NCBI GenBank assembly: GCA_050575255.1
Contig: JBNZDD010013726.1
Coordinates: 62,001 to 126,000 of the forward strand
Origin: Harriotta raleighana
Lineage: Eukaryota
DNA: 64,000 bases
Direction: 5' to 3'
The notes under the pieces were generated by a model, which was not told where the DNA came from, ran no database searches, and worked only from the letters and a program-made list of their open reading frames with translations. Within the stretch, counting starts at the first letter, position 1. Each line of letters opens with the position of its first letter. This document shows, piece by piece, positions 25,308 to 38,960 of the stretch. The position numbers and the translations under genes are program-made.

Positions 25308-25753
25308 CTGTTGAAAGATTTTAATAGTTAGATGCATGGATTTCAAGAGCTGGTTCCTGCAGAAATTCTTACATGATAATTAAAACCTTCTATAAATCTC
25401 TTAAATATCAATAAATTACATACAATTGCTTTATAGAACCATAGAATTTCACTTTCTTTCTAGTCATCTTTTAAGTCGTCTCATTTAAATGTATGACTCG
25501 CTAATCAAGATTCTTTTACAAAAAGCTATGATTACTTTATATAATTCATTTGACTTTAGTAATATTTGCTTTTGATTTAGTGCATGGTGGTCCTTGTTAA
25601 AATGTCTCAAAGCGCTTCAAAGGATATAGCGTAGACTGTATTTTGTGGACAAGTGCAAAGTTCAAGTAAAATCGAACACAGATGAACTTCTGAATATTGT
25701 ATAGTATTCCAGAATATTTCTGTAGTCCATTTATTAGGTACAAAGTTACCCAC

Positions 25754-25910
25754 CTTTGCATCTGATTAAGCATTGCAGGCCCATTGTGTATATCTCCCTG
25801 CCCATACTGGTTATAAACAGGCTGTTGTGCAGTGGTAGGTAGAGGTAATGAAGTTGGGGGTGCGCCTGAAGTTGGGGGTGCTCCTGATGTTGACGGTGGC
25901 CTTAAAGGAC
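25754..25910 (-). CDS. SEC24C: SEC24C exon 3
   Basis: (G)PLRPPSTSGAPPTSGAPPTS...YNQYGQGDIHNGP...MQ(R); phase 1 to 2. Confidence 0.88.
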
Positions 25911-26540
25911 CTGGAATATCAAATAAAAACTAGATTAGAATTACAGAAAACCAGTGAAATCTTAACTAATGCAGAGCTAATTCAGTTTACACAAGATTAT
26001 CTTCCATTATCATAAAATATCCTTGACAAGCAAAAACAATTTTAACAACAAGGTGTTTAGTGGCTAGCAGCTTACAGTTCCAAACTTGTTTTTATAAAAC
26101 GGTTGCGAAAGGTTGGCAGGTTTACTACTGAAGTTCCAAAGTGCAATATCATAACCTTTGTCACTTCTCTGGTTAGTTCGGTGCCACACCATAGTGGTGA
26201 CGTGTAAATTTGTTGAGATCAGGTGGAACAGAATTGATAACATTGTTCAGATAATATTCAAATCTGCAAATCAAAAGTTCTTAAAGCTAGCCGGTAGTTT
26301 TAGAAGACAAATGTTCCACAAAATGCTCATTTGAAGTAATATGTAGGCCATAGGTTATACTAATGGAAAGGCAAAAGGGCAAGATTACTCCCCATTAAAA
26401 TAATTTCAGTAACAGACAGCATTCCAACACACAGCATTCTGCAATGGCTCATACTGTAGTTTCACATACTCACTAAAAAACCTGTTCAACACATAATGTT
26501 CCAGTAGAGGGTCTCCAAACGTCCTTTATTCATACTTTAA

Positions 26541-26858
26541 TAATAATAATAATTCTTGCATTTGATATAGCGCTTTTCACATCTTATCGACGTTCCAAAG
26601 CACTTCACAGAATATACTGTAAAGTGAATTGACTATATATTTGTGGGCAGAATGCGGCAGCCAATTGCGCACAGCAGTGTCCCACAAACAGTCATGGATT
26701 GAAATGACCAATTTTATTATTGTGGTTTTTTTGGAGGGATTATTATTAGGCATGTGGAGTAAGGAAACTTGCCCAAGGTTTCGCCCTGATCTGCCTGGAT
26801 TCGAACACAGGTCTCACGGTTGTAAGACAAGTGCTCTACCCAATGAGCCACAGGAGCG
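26541..26858 (-). mobile_element. tRNA-derived SINE, full length
   Basis: (TAA)n tail, central conserved segment, B-box-like GTTCGAATCC on - strand. Confidence 0.85.
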
Positions 26859-27139
26859 CCATGATTTTAGTCTTATGATCTTAAACCAGCAAGTTTTTAT
26901 CATAGGATGGATTAGAGGAGCAGAATAAGAGTAGATGAATTGGCAAATTGGCATTTAAAATACCAGAACTGCCAAATTACCCTGAATCAAAGATCAACTC
27001 CAACTGTCACATCGCAAGAGCTGAATCAGACACCTCCCCTTCAGGAACTTGACGAACGTCTCAGAATTTATGATACTACTCATCTCTTCACCTTCCACCT
27101 TAACTTGAATCCATATTTCCTGTAGTACAGTTAAATTAA

Positions 27140-27512
27140 TAATAATAATCCGTGCATTTCATATAGTGCTTTTCACATTTTCTAAACATCTCAAAGAGCT
27201 TCACAGCTGTAAAGTGAATTGACTTTATATTTTCGCCAGCCAATTGCGCTCAGCAGTGTAACTTAAGCAGTCATGGATTGAAATGATCCATTTTTTTATT
27301 TTTTTCGAGGATTATCACGAGTGGGAAACTTGCCCAAGGCTTTGCCCTCCCTGCCTGCCAGGTATCTCGCTTGTGAGTCGAGTGCTCTAACCATTGAGCT
27401 ACAAGACTCCACAAGTTTAATAAAGTCAATTCACTTTACAGTATATTCTGTGAAGCGCTTTGAGGTGTCCATAAAATGTAAGAAGCGCTATATCAAATGC
27501 AAGGATTATTAT
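27140..27512. mobile_element. SINE (- strand, 27140-27410) next to a partial SINE 3' end (+ strand, 27420-27512)
   Basis: Same family motifs in opposite orientations. Confidence 0.7.
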
Positions 27513-28588
27513 TAAAGAAAAATAAATCTTCCACTACTTTATGAAGGCAATGCACTGAGTTTTTGCTTACTAGTTTATGAGAATGAGGAAGGAAAGTTAA
27601 AGAGAAAAATAGATTTGTCTTTAAAATGATGGTAACTGAATCAGGGGAAGAGAACGCAGTTTGTTACGTTCTGTACACAAACTGTAATAACACAAAATTC
27701 AGCTGATGGTTACTGAAAATAAATCCTAAATATGAGCTGTAAAATTTTGCTTAACATGGAGTTGTACCGACTCTTCCCCCTCTCCCACTCTCCTTCCCCC
27801 CTCCCCCCTACCCTGCCCCCCCACTCGGTTCCCGACTGACTGTTAGCACTTTGGGACGTCCTCCCGACGTGAATGGCGCTATACAAGTGTAATTTGTTGT
27901 TGTTGTTGTTGATACTAAATTGATATTTGATGAAGTTTTAAAATTATGTTCTCATCCCCTAGAAAAAACGAGAAGTAAAATATTGATCTTTGCCTCAAAA
28001 CTAAAACAGGAACTTTTGAGATTTTTGAGCTGCAGTTTTGGCCGATTTCAGAACACTCTGAACCAGTAAATGATTAAACAATGGCTTGGTTTTTCAGAAT
28101 TGTACTGCCTCAGGCCACCTTATAGGTTTCAGTGCAATGAGCCTCTGCCAAAGTAATTGTCCGCAGAGTAGGGGGAAGGGAAGAAACATATAAAGATAAC
28201 GCTTGATCAAATTAAACACCTCAAACTCAATACAACAAACAACATCAAAATTACATTTATATAGTGCCTTTCACATCCCAAGGCGCTGGGTATATTCTTA
28301 TACACTGACTATATTTAATTTTATTACTTATTCTAGAGTTTTCCCTGGTGGGGAAACTCCTACTTGTTTCAAAACTGGGATTCAAACTGGCCACTGTAAA
28401 GACTGTGGAGCCACATTATCAATTACAACATAGAATATTGTAGGTACATTTTATATTAGATAATATGTATCTCAGAACCAATTGTCACTTATGACAATTT
28501 TCCATGTTCAATTTTTAATGCCGAGGAAAAAGTAAAGTTGACTTAGCATTGTTTAAGTATTATGCACAAACAAAATAAGAAGCTTTAC

Positions 28589-28681
28589 CTAAGTAGGAAG
28601 GTGCAACAGAAGCAGAGTCAGTGAGAGGTATAGGAGATCCCTTAGAGGAAACACCTGAATAGTTTTGATAGGAAGGGCAAC
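28589..28681 (-). CDS. SEC24C: Candidate SEC24C 93-nt cassette exon (31 codons, phase 1-1)
   Basis: cttttttcttctag|GT TGC CCT TCC TAT CAA...TCC TAC TTA G|gtaaag; stop-free, frame-compatible with flanking exons. Confidence 0.6.
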   Translation of the reverse strand, partial: VALPIKTIQVFPLRDLLYLSLTLLLLHLPT

Positions 28682-29193
28682 CTAGAAGAAAAAAGCTGTA
28701 GCCTTAGCAAATTATCTTCTTGGGTTAAGATCAACTATGTCTATAAAATAAATACAATTTTATTTTTTAAAAATGTAAACAGGTGAAATGCAATTAGTTT
28801 AGGCAGTCTTTAATTTGACAGCTCTGCATTTCTTAGCTCTAAAAGAAAAGCTCATTACTTTAGCATTATTCATTAAAACACAGGGGATGAATTTTCTTCA
28901 AACCCTCTCTTCCTTTTTGATCTGATTTTTTCTAAAATGGGTTGAATTACATTACAGGAAACATTAATGCCTTTTTAAAAATAAAACAAGTTTAAATCAC
29001 GCAGGAATCACAACAACAACATGGCTCAATTTCAGGACATGACGATAAACAGGGAAACAAATAGCAAATATGAAATAATTAGCCCTTCAATATTCAATGG
29101 GATTATAGAATTAAATGCAATTACTGGTTGTCCAAAACCTGAATTAGCATTTTTTCCTGGAAGCACTTCTTGATGTTTGCCTAATGTTTATTA

Positions 29194-30932
29194 TCTTAGA
29201 TAAGATCTCAAACAGCCCAGCTCCTCAATTATGTTAGCTTTGTACTACACATTACATATCAAGATTTTAAGTAGCCAAAATAGTCGATTTGCATATCTGT
29301 AAAGCATTCCAGCAATATGGGATATCAGTATTAGCATTAAGGGGTATCAGTGGTAGCAATAAGGGGTATCAGCATTAACAATAAGGGATATCAATATCAG
29401 CAATATGGGATATCAGTGTCAGCAATAGTTGTCAGACTAGTTTGGTTGGTAGCACTCTCGCTTCCAAGTCAGATGTGTGTATTGAAGATGTTGACCTCAA
29501 AGTCACTCTAGGCTGATATTCCAGTGTAATGCTGCAGATGTGCTATCCTTCGAGTTAGACATTGAATCTATCCACGTGAATGTTAAAAATCTAATTGGCA
29601 CTATTCTAAAAGTAAAGGGGGAACCTCCCAATGTTGTGGTCAACTATTCTCCCGATAAAACTGAACATTCACTTCATGTCTGTTTGTGGTACATTGCTCT
29701 AATTGGTTGTTGTATTTGCCTATAAATATAGAGTCAATGCACCTTACAGTGAAGTACAGTAAAAGACTGTTTATCCGTGATCCGATCAACCAGATTGCTC
29801 GACCCCCTCCCGGGGCAATTCCCCATTCCAGCAATCGTGAGTTTGCTCACTTTATGCATGTGTGCGCATGTGAACTTATTAAATTTACGAACTTGGGTTT
29901 TTACTGAGTTTTTTTACTGAGTGTGCTGGAATGCTTTATTGGTAAGTATCCATACAATATTCTGTTACTATTTAGTCTATTATTAATTTGGTATTTTTCA
30001 AAATAAGTAAATTTTTTGTGTTGGGTTTTTCGGCAACTTGCCACCCGATTATCCGGCACAGTNTCTTAGATAAGATCTCAAACAGCCCAGCTCCTCAATT
30101 ATGTTAGCTTTGTACTACACATTACATATCAAGATTTTAAGTAGCCAAAATAGTCGATTTGCATATCTGTAAAGCATTCCAGCAATATGGGATATCAGTA
30201 TTAGCATTAAGGGGTATCAGTGGTAGCAATAAGGGGTATCAGCATTAACAATAAGGGATATCAATATCAGCAATATGGGATATCAGTGTCAGCAATAGTT
30301 GTCAGACTAGTTTGGTTGGTAGCACTCTCGCTTCCAAGTCAGATGTGTGTATTGAAGATGTTGACCTCAAAGTCACTCTAGGCTGATATTCCAGTGTAAT
30401 GCTGCAGATGTGCTATCCTTCGAGTTAGACATTGAATCTATCCACGTGAATGTTAAAAATCTAATTGGCACTATTCTAAAAGTAAAGGGGGAACCTCCCA
30501 ATGTTGTGGTCAACTATTCTCCCGATAAAACTGAACATTCACTTCATGTCTGTTTGTGGTACATTGCTCTAATTGGTTGTTGTATTTGCCTATAAATATA
30601 GAGTCAATGCACCTTACAGTGAAGTACAGTAAAAGACTGTTTATCCGTGATCCGATCAACCAGATTGCTCGACCCCCTCCCGGGGCAATTCCCCATTCCA
30701 GCAATCGCGAGTATGCTCACTTTATGCATGTGTGCGCAAGTGAACTTATTAAACTTACGAACTTGGGTTTTTACTGAGTTTTTTTACTGAGTGTGCTGGA
30801 ATGCTTTATTGGTAAGTATCCATACAATATTCTGTTACTATTTAGTCTATTATTAATTTGGTATTTTTCAAAATAAGTAAATTTTTTGTGTTGGGTTTTT
30901 CGGCAACTTGCCACCCGATTATCCGGCACAGT
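29194..30932. other. Direct duplication (offset 870) flanking single N at 30063; probable assembly/haplotype overlap
   Basis: 29194-30062 repeated at 30064-30932 with about four substitutions; the first MITE copy is cut at the N. Confidence 0.88.
29310..29427. repeat. 22-bp minisatellite (about 5 copies; also at 30180-30297)
   Basis: Unit (C/T)AGCAATA(T/A)GGG(A/G)TATCAGTAT. Confidence 0.8.
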
Positions 30933-31030
30933 CAATTAGTCGACCCCGTGGAGGGTGCCGGATAAACAGGCTTTTACTGTACTTTGGGACTTGCAGAATG
31001 TGATAAGGTGTTGTATCAAATGAAAGGATT
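30300..31030 (+). mobile_element. Old DeuSINE-like element interrupted by a MITE
   Basis: GGTAGCACTCTCGC head, Deu-domain-like TGTTAAAAATCTAATTGGCACTATT...GGGGGAACCTCCCAATGTTGTGGTCAAC, 3' tail resumes after 30981. Confidence 0.55.
30627..30979. mobile_element. MITE family A (same as 16147-16490)
   Basis: TA-CAGTAAAAGACTGTTTATCCG ... CGGATAAACAGGCTTTTACTG-TA; internal similarity to the 16147 copy. Confidence 0.88.
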
Positions 31031-31539
31031 AACATCATCCATCTTTTTATTGTCAAGCATATGAATAGTTCTCGTCAGGAAAACCTTGAAAGAATAGTCT
31101 TGAATTCTTTAGGCAGTAAAACAAAAAAGAGAAATGTAATTCAGCGATAAGTGTGCAGTTAGGTTAAACACTACATTGATTCTCAATACTCAAAGTTCCA
31201 TTCAGATGTCTACAACAGAAATCAATTCAACCTTGCACCAGAATGTTTTCTAACATCAGTTAAATATTTAGAAACCGAGAATGTTTAATACGGCTTCATA
31301 AACTAATGTATAAAGATACATTTGTACGACAGAAGTGTTTGGATATAAGATTCTTTTTCATATTTTCTTGCCCCCATCCTATTCCATTTCCAGATATGGG
31401 GCAGTAGATAATCTGCCTCCAGGCCTTTTGCACCAACTACAAAACCAGGAGAATTCCTTCCAGTTTTCCCTTTGCTTTCACAATTCAACCGCACAACACA
31501 TTGCAGATTAGGAACTAAATATTAATGGCTTCAAGACAT

Positions 31540-31698
31540 GTGAGGAGGACAGGGTTGGGGCAGATGGGTTTGCAGGGTTATGGGGAGAAAGCCGGGGAGT
31601 GGGTTTGACTTTGAATAGCTCCTTTCAAAGAGCCAACACAGACTCAATGGGCCGAATGGCCTCTCCCTTTATGCTGAAAAATTCTATGATTCTATGAT
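31540..31698 (+). mobile_element. CR1 LINE 3' end fragment
   Basis: ATGGGCCGAATGGCCTCT followed by (ATTCTATG)2 tail. Confidence 0.7.
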
Positions 31699-32302
31699 GC
31701 TCATATCATTGTAGCATACAGTTAGGAACACAAATTTATCATATTGTTCAAAATAATCCAAAATGCTTCCAGTATAAATTCTGTTGTGCAAATTGTTAGT
31801 TCAGAGACTGAAATTCTGTAATTCACAGTCAAATATTTCCTAAATGCTTGATTCGATCCGAAAATATAATCTGAGTGAAAAAATTAAGGACTATATTCTG
31901 GAACCAAGTCCAAATCTTTTCACACTATGGAATTAAAATATCTCTGCATCATATTTAAGAGCCTTAATTAATTTAGACAATCTCAATCCAGATCCTATTG
32001 GATATTAATAAATAAAACTACATGAGTAATTTTACTTTTGATTGTGGCACTACAGTCACCAAATCAATCCAATGGCTTGAGGCACTGTCAGATACTAATT
32101 ATGCAGTTAGTAGTTTATTTAGGAAAAACTGAGATCTGCACTTGTACTGTATACACACATATGTTCATATGCAAAACACTAAAAACACTTTTTTGTTTGT
32201 GCAGATGGGCTGTTTAATCTTATCCAAGAGAATCACATATATGTTAAATTCACTGTCTAGTCCATTGTTGGAAAGCCTATAAATCTTGAATAAAATATAT
32301 AC

Positions 32303-32471
32303 CTTGAGCTGGAGCGGTTTGTTGGTAGCCTTGGACAGGCCCATTATATGGTCCATATTGAGAAGGTGGAACACCTGGCATATGTGGACTGTTATAGCCA
32401 ATCTGCTGGTACCCTTGGTAACCAGGTTGCGATGGTCCATAAGATGACGCCATGTGATCTTGTTGATTCAT
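32303..32471 (-). CDS. SEC24C: SEC24C exon 2, first coding part (exon begins near 32508)
   Basis: MNQQDHMASSYGPSQPGYQGYQQIGY...PPSQYGPYNGPVQGYQQTAPAQ(G); donor CAAG|GTATAT; acceptor tttcag at 32509. Confidence 0.88.
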
Positions 32472-32874
32472 CCTTATTTCGGTAAATTCATCCCCAAACT
32501 CCACCTACCTGAAACTGAAAAGTCAAACAATTACTATTCTTTCTCAGCACATAGTATCCTTGCAATTGATATAGCACTTTATCGAGTCATTGAGACATCT
32601 CAAAGCTCTTCACAGAATATATTGTAAAGTGTATTTTGTAGCCAAATAATATCTAACAATAATCCAATACACACATTCAACATTTGAGTCTAAGGAAGAA
32701 GATATCAACATTTAGTCAAGTTAACACTGTATCTATATAAACTTAGACCAAGGCATAAAGCGATGCCCTCAAGAATACTGAAAGATAATTATATGTAAAG
32801 GAAGAAGGCAAATATCTAAGTGACACATCTGATAGAATTCTATTTTGGTATGATATATATGACCCATCCAACCA

Positions 32875-33110
32875 TTGGCGGGTGAGCCTTCAGTCACTCT
32901 GCCCCCAATCTCTGGAACTCCATCCCAAAGTCCCTCCACCTTACCCCCTCCTTGGCCTCCTTCAAGACTCTCCTCTTCGATGGACCCATCGGCAACTCCT
33001 CCCCCCTCCCCCCGTTCTCAGCTCGGGTCTGAAGCAGTAACTGTCCAGCGCTTTGGAACATCCTCCTGACATGAAAGGCACTATACAAATGGAATTTGGT
33101 TGTTGTTGTT
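32875..33110 (+). mobile_element. L2-type LINE 3' end with (TTG)n tail
   Basis: IGG.AFSHSAPNLWNSIP-like coding remnant, then GCGCTTTGGAACATCCTCCTGACATGAAAGGCACTATAC; similar tails near 10240, 11745, 17540, 27845, 36760, 44280, 48100, 62350. Confidence 0.75.
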
Positions 33111-34131
33111 AACTGATATTAAAAAGCAGCATATGACAAATTATTTACAATTATATAATTCCCTATCATTTTGTAATTAATTTTGAATTATTGATAATTT
33201 ATTTAGATGTGTGGATTAATAATTTAACTTCAATACTAGAACCATCTATGTCACACAAAAAAAAAACAGCATGGTCATTCACATTGATTTTCATCAAATC
33301 TGCATTTCTGTACCTAAGATTTATATCTGCCGCTTATTACACAAAGTTCCAACTCTGGTAAACCATCTATCTTGCAATTACAGATTTAGAGCAAGAATGG
33401 AATCGAATGACGAGATCATATTGAATTTTTAAAATAGAGATTTTGAGTCTTTATTTGTACATCTGTTTCCAACAGATTTAAAATCTATCGAGTGGGCCTT
33501 ATGCCACGCATAATTTCCCCCTGATCCCTTCCATAAAAGATATCTACATTAAGGTAACCAGCAATCCAATATCCAATATTAAATAATCATTTCTAATGTA
33601 ACAAATACCATAGTTAGTGCTCATTTTGCAGATATTGAACCAACACAATTATAGCCAGCAGACAACCAATGAATCAGACACTAGTACCCAGTGTATGGTT
33701 TGTTCAGCCATTTTCGATAGAGAATAAGCTTGGATTTTTTTATTTGAACACTAAAGATGATCAGTTACTGGAAAATCTAATCCAATACCAGATTATGTTA
33801 TGGTGAATTCCATATTCAGAAGACACAAACAGCCATCACAATTTTTCACTGTTTCACTTCAAAAAGCTAACTTTAGAATGTGTTTCTTTGAGAATTGTGC
33901 GTGTAAACAATCCTGTTAAAAAATGAACGGAAACCTCAAATCAGTTAATATAAGGGACAGAGCAGCATGTCACACGATTGGAATTTCAGATGTGTCTGCT
34001 TTGCTTCTGGGTGGGATGTCTCTCGTACAATTAAACAGAGAAACTCCATCTGGGAAGATCAAAGTTATGACAAGATCATCATTCACTCAAACTCCCTGTT
34101 GAAAGCTAAATTAATCCATCACATTAATGTA

Positions 34132-34546
34132 CAGTAAAACCCTGTTTTTCCAGCATCCACGGGACCTGGCCAGTGGCGGTTAAATGGTTTTCCGGTTGTT
34201 TATTAAAAATATTTTAACACATACCATATTCATTATAGACTAAATAATAACAGAATATTGTATTAGTACCTTATTATTTATATTTAACTTCGCAACGGCA
34301 GCTTTCACCTGACGGAGGTAAAAAAAAAAACGTGACTTTTAAAAGGAGCAGAAGTGAGTTTAGACCCAACTCGCGGCCAGTCGCAAGTGCCTGCACCAGT
34401 ACTCGCGTGCGATAGTCAATTCATTAAATGCGTCACCACTATTTGCTGGATAACTTCTGGTTCATCGAATCAGGACTTTTTTTTTTGCAATGGTGGTTGA
34501 ATGGATTTTCCGGTTCATCGAGTCATGGAGAAACGAGGTTTTATTG
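34132..34546. mobile_element. MITE family B (inverted relative to the 39423 copy)
   Basis: TA-CAGTAAAACCCTGTTT ... GAGGTTTTATTG-TA; matches the reverse complement of 39423-39948. Confidence 0.82.
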
Positions 34547-37500
34547 TATTATTATTAAAACTAAACTATCAGTTACATGATGCCACATGGCATCAGGCAC
34601 TGCATTACTATCTTTGTTACCCTAACATCGAGTTCAGTTACTCACTCACTGTATTTAAGTGAAAGCTAGATAGGTACATGAGGGAGAAAGGAATAGAGGT
34701 TATGCTCATTGGCTTAGTTGAGGAAGGGCAAGAGGAAGCTCAAGTGGAGCATAAACACCAGCATCGACCAGTCTAACAGAATGGCCTGTTTCTTTGCTGT
34801 ATGTTCTAACATTTTATCGACAACCATAATTCCAATCTGTTCATGAGGTTTCTTTCAGATAGCATGCTTTTCCACATGCCAATAAAAGTACATATAAATA
34901 TATATAAACACACAGAGCTCAACTATGCTACTGCAGGTAGTCACCATTTTGCGACCAGAAAGGGGGAATAGAAAAACACACAAAACTGAAAGTTCTATTA
35001 AACCTGACCCTTGAAGTTTTAATTAAAGAGCTTTCATTTGTTCCAACCCGGCCTTGCTTACTTGGATTGGATAGATAGGAAGGGAAAAGAGTGCTTAGTT
35101 CCACCATTTTCCTCCACCAAACAAGCCATTAATGGATATTCAAAATAGTCCCAAAGCAATAATACAACTAGAACTGATTTTGTCATGATGCCCTTATGGA
35201 AACTGCTCATCAATGAGCAGCAACAACAACTTGCATATGTAGCATCCATCGTGCAGGCTAGAGGCCCAGAAGCATGATCAAAGAGGAATGACTTCAGGCA
35301 TGACTTGAAGACAGGGAAGGAGGGTGCAATGTGGAGGAATAGAGCAGAATGTAGAAGCTCATGTTTCATACATGCAGCACATACAAAACCTGTTCTACAT
35401 ACAGATTAACAGCAACAAACCTCTGACAGATTATATGGAAACAATTCAATCAAAGGTTCTGACAATATCCACAACCAATCTTGACCACTACTTGACATTT
35501 AGAACATCAAATATGTTTGACTGATTCCTTGTCTTACAACTCAGAATATAGATTAAATCAGCCTAGAAAAACAAATTTCAAAATTGCTTTTGGCAGAATC
35601 AGATATTCAATAGTTTTCGTTATGACATTCAAACTGCCACTTAAATAAAATATAAAACTAATGGAAAGAGGAGGTGGGAAGGAAAGAGAAGTAAACCACA
35701 AATCAATGTATGATTACATTCCTTCCTCCACAAATAATGTGTGCTCTTTAGGCCTACAGATCTTCTAATGCAAACAACTTCTTTTCAGTTAATGCGCTTC
35801 ATTATTTTCAGCCTTTTAACTTTAAATGATTATAATGTTTCAGGTGCTTATCACTAATTATGATCTGAAATATACAGCATCAAGAAATATCACCTGATAT
35901 TTTGAAGATAAGTTTAAATTACACAAGACAATGATATACTGTATAAAGATAATACTTTGCAGTTAATCAATGTAAATAATTTTAGATTCAGAATATATAT
36001 ACTGAAAAACATGTAAACATTTAGTAGTAAACATCTTTCCATTCAAATCTATTTGATCAGTTGATTTGTGAGTTGCGTTACATTTTTACATTTTGACAAC
36101 CTCCACATACTTTTTAACATTACCTGAATTCTGATTGTGTTATTGCTCAAGAAAAATATAAATGGCTTTTGAAGACGAAAGATGGGTGCACTTTTTCACT
36201 GCCATCTTAGTAATACAAGTAGACCATGAGTTGAAAGTGCAAAATGTTTCTCAGCATCCCAGTATAAAGCTCAGTTGCAAAATGCCTTTGTTCTCTATAG
36301 AAGTGCTTTGTGTACTGTAGCTCAAAAGCATTTGTTTGTCAGATAGTCACAAGTTAATTGTCAACCTATGAGCAGACAAACACCTGCAGCTAAATTCTAA
36401 CAGTACCTCTTCCCTTCCAGAAATGTTTATAAATTGAGTTGGATATCAGAACCAGTATAAGGTATCACTACAATAATGAATAAAAACGGGAGTATAAGGT
36501 TTTGTGTCTTCAAACCAATGTTGCAAACTTGGTCTGTAACGGTGTTGTAGCATTTCACTTCACATCTTCATTTGACCATGATTATCTGTATTTTATACAA
36601 TACTGAGATATTGTATGTCAACAGAAAATTTTGCAGCATCCCAGACAGATACAATGTTTTCTACCCACAACAACTATCCCCAGCCAGTTGCAAACTTAAA
36701 ATGTTAAGTGTGAAGGCTGCAAATTCTATTATCGCTGTACAGAACAAAGACATCAACAACAACAAAATTACACTTGTATTGCACCTTTCACATCAGGAGG
36801 ACGTCCCAAGGCACTGGTCAGTCATTGTTTCGGACCCAAGCTGGGGTCAGGGATGGAGGGTGGAGGGAAAGGGGAAGGGGGAATCAGACTGAATATTGCT
36901 ACAGTTCTTCCTCCCTGTTAATTTTTAATTCAAATGGATATCCTCCAAAAATTCATTAGCATAACGAAAATATTTCAATGCTAGAAAATACACAGCACCC
37001 ACATCCACAAAATTAAATAACAAACATTTATCAAGAATTGAATGCTTGCTAAAAATCATGAAACTAAAAAAGTCTTAACCAAGACTAAATACCTCAGCCC
37101 TTAAAATTATAATGTGAATAGCAATTTCTTCTATCTTTTAAAGGAACAGTTTAGCCATAACTATGTTACAAGTAACACATCCACACAAAAAGTGCCTAGC
37201 TTATATTGCACTTATCAAAGTGAATCTCTGTAGTATAATTCGTGGTTAAGAATCTAGAAATATATAGGACTACGTATTAACATCTAGAATCCAGGAAGGA
37301 ACAGATCATGTGGGCAGATTCTAAGAAGATTTCTAGTTTGCTTTATACTGTATCATTTAATTTACAACAGTGATGCCTCATCCCACATAACTCCTCCCCC
37401 CAATGCCTTTACCATATAAAAAATATTCAATTTTCCTCTAGAAACTGCCCACACAATCTGTCTATTTCCTGATAATGCATTAACTACCATCTACATAAAG

Positions 37501-38209
37501 TTCCTGCACCTATCTGTCAGTTTGAAACTCATCAACCATATAGAAAAGGAACCCAGCTTGTGTGTAGTCTTCAGGATCCAGAATGCTTCTATCATCAATG
37601 CAAACAGTCCTGGCTTCTGTAATGTCTCCTCATAACTCATTTTCACAATTTTAAGTCAAATCAAGGCTTTTTAAAACCCATTATTAGATCTTGTAACTTA
37701 TGGTCCATCACTCAAGCAAAAGGAGTATAAAAAAGTTTCTTTTGCAGTCCTATCGCACTGTGGTGAGAATTTCAATAAATTAGCGGCTCTCTAGATCCTT
37801 CTCAAGTTGGAATCTGAAACCAGGTTGTGCTGGTACCAGAAAATGGTATAAATAGTACATGAATTTACACAACTGCATTAGATCAGGGGTATCAAATAAA
37901 CATGGCAGCCTGCCCATCAAAAATCGCATCAATATATTGCACTGGAATTTTTCTTTAACCGACTTTCCTTTTTTTAATGCAAGATGTATATTCAAATCTG
38001 TGCATTCTGCAATGCATTAGTGATATTCTCATTAAGCCAATGACAGTTCACAATCACTATAAACATTTTCAGATACAGTACAGTGGCTATGTATGATGTT
38101 TTTACATTGCAGCCCACCAATTGAACAGCGCTAACTTATATTGCCCTTGAGGCCCAATGAGTTTGATGCTCTTCGAATAGATGGAAGCATGAGTGAAGCA
38201 TTTCAAGGT

Positions 38210-38960
38210 ACAACAACTTGCATTTATACAGTGCTCCCCACACCGGTTGGTATCTCAGAGAGCTTCACAATGGTGGAGCCTGAGGCCAAGTGGGGGTGGG
38301 GGGGCGGGGAGTAGGAAAGTGGTAGTTAATCCCATGTATGCGGGTAACATCAATGAAGATATGGGGGACAAGGATGGATCCTTGGGGTACCCCGCAGGTG
38401 AACTGGGGGAAACAAGGAGAAAAAACAATACCAGAGATGTAGTGCTAGCAGTTTGTGAGGTAGGACTCAAACCAAGCAAGTGCAGTCCCATTGTGGTGGA
38501 TGATGACAGGCGGTGGAGGAGGATGGAATGGTCGACTGTGTCGAATGCGATGGGGAGAATCTAGGTACATGAGGAGGCCGAGAGAGCCCTAGTCGCAGAG
38601 AGAGGACATTGTTTGTGACTTTCACAAGCACAGTCTCTGTACTATGGACAGGGCAGAAGCTGGACTGGAGGGGTTTGAGTAGGGTGTGAAGGGAGAGCTG
38701 TGCATAAAGTTGGTTGGTCACAATGTGTTCCAGAGCCTTTGCAAGAATTGTAGGTTTGAGATAGGGCAGTAGTGGTGGTTAGAGGGAAGGTTTTTTTTAA
38801 GGGATGTGATGACGGAGATTTTGAGGGGGCGTGGGACTGATCCTGAGGTGTGGGTAACTGGTTAATAGTATCCACCAGCAATGGGCAGAGAAGGAACTAG
38901 GTAATCAGTAATTGACTGGGGTGGGGGTCAAGCTAGCAGATTGTGGATTTCATTCTGGTG
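38210..38960 (-). mobile_element. Degenerate L2 LINE (reverse transcriptase fragment joined to 3' end)
   Basis: LKPLQSSFCPVHSTETVLVKVTNNVL and AFDTVDHSILLHRL-like RT motifs with frameshifts. Confidence 0.8.

Noticed and set aside
29310-29427. Regularly spaced short repeats resembling a CRISPR array
   Set aside because: Contiguous 22-bp tandem units with no unique spacers, eukaryotic intron, no cas genes
7293-32471. Assignment as SEC24D with SYNPO2
   Set aside because: C-terminus HKEIRQLLS, adjacency to FUT11 and SYNPO2L-type motifs (MGAxEEV, ETDSDAD, terminal WRPG) favour SEC24C and SYNPO2L
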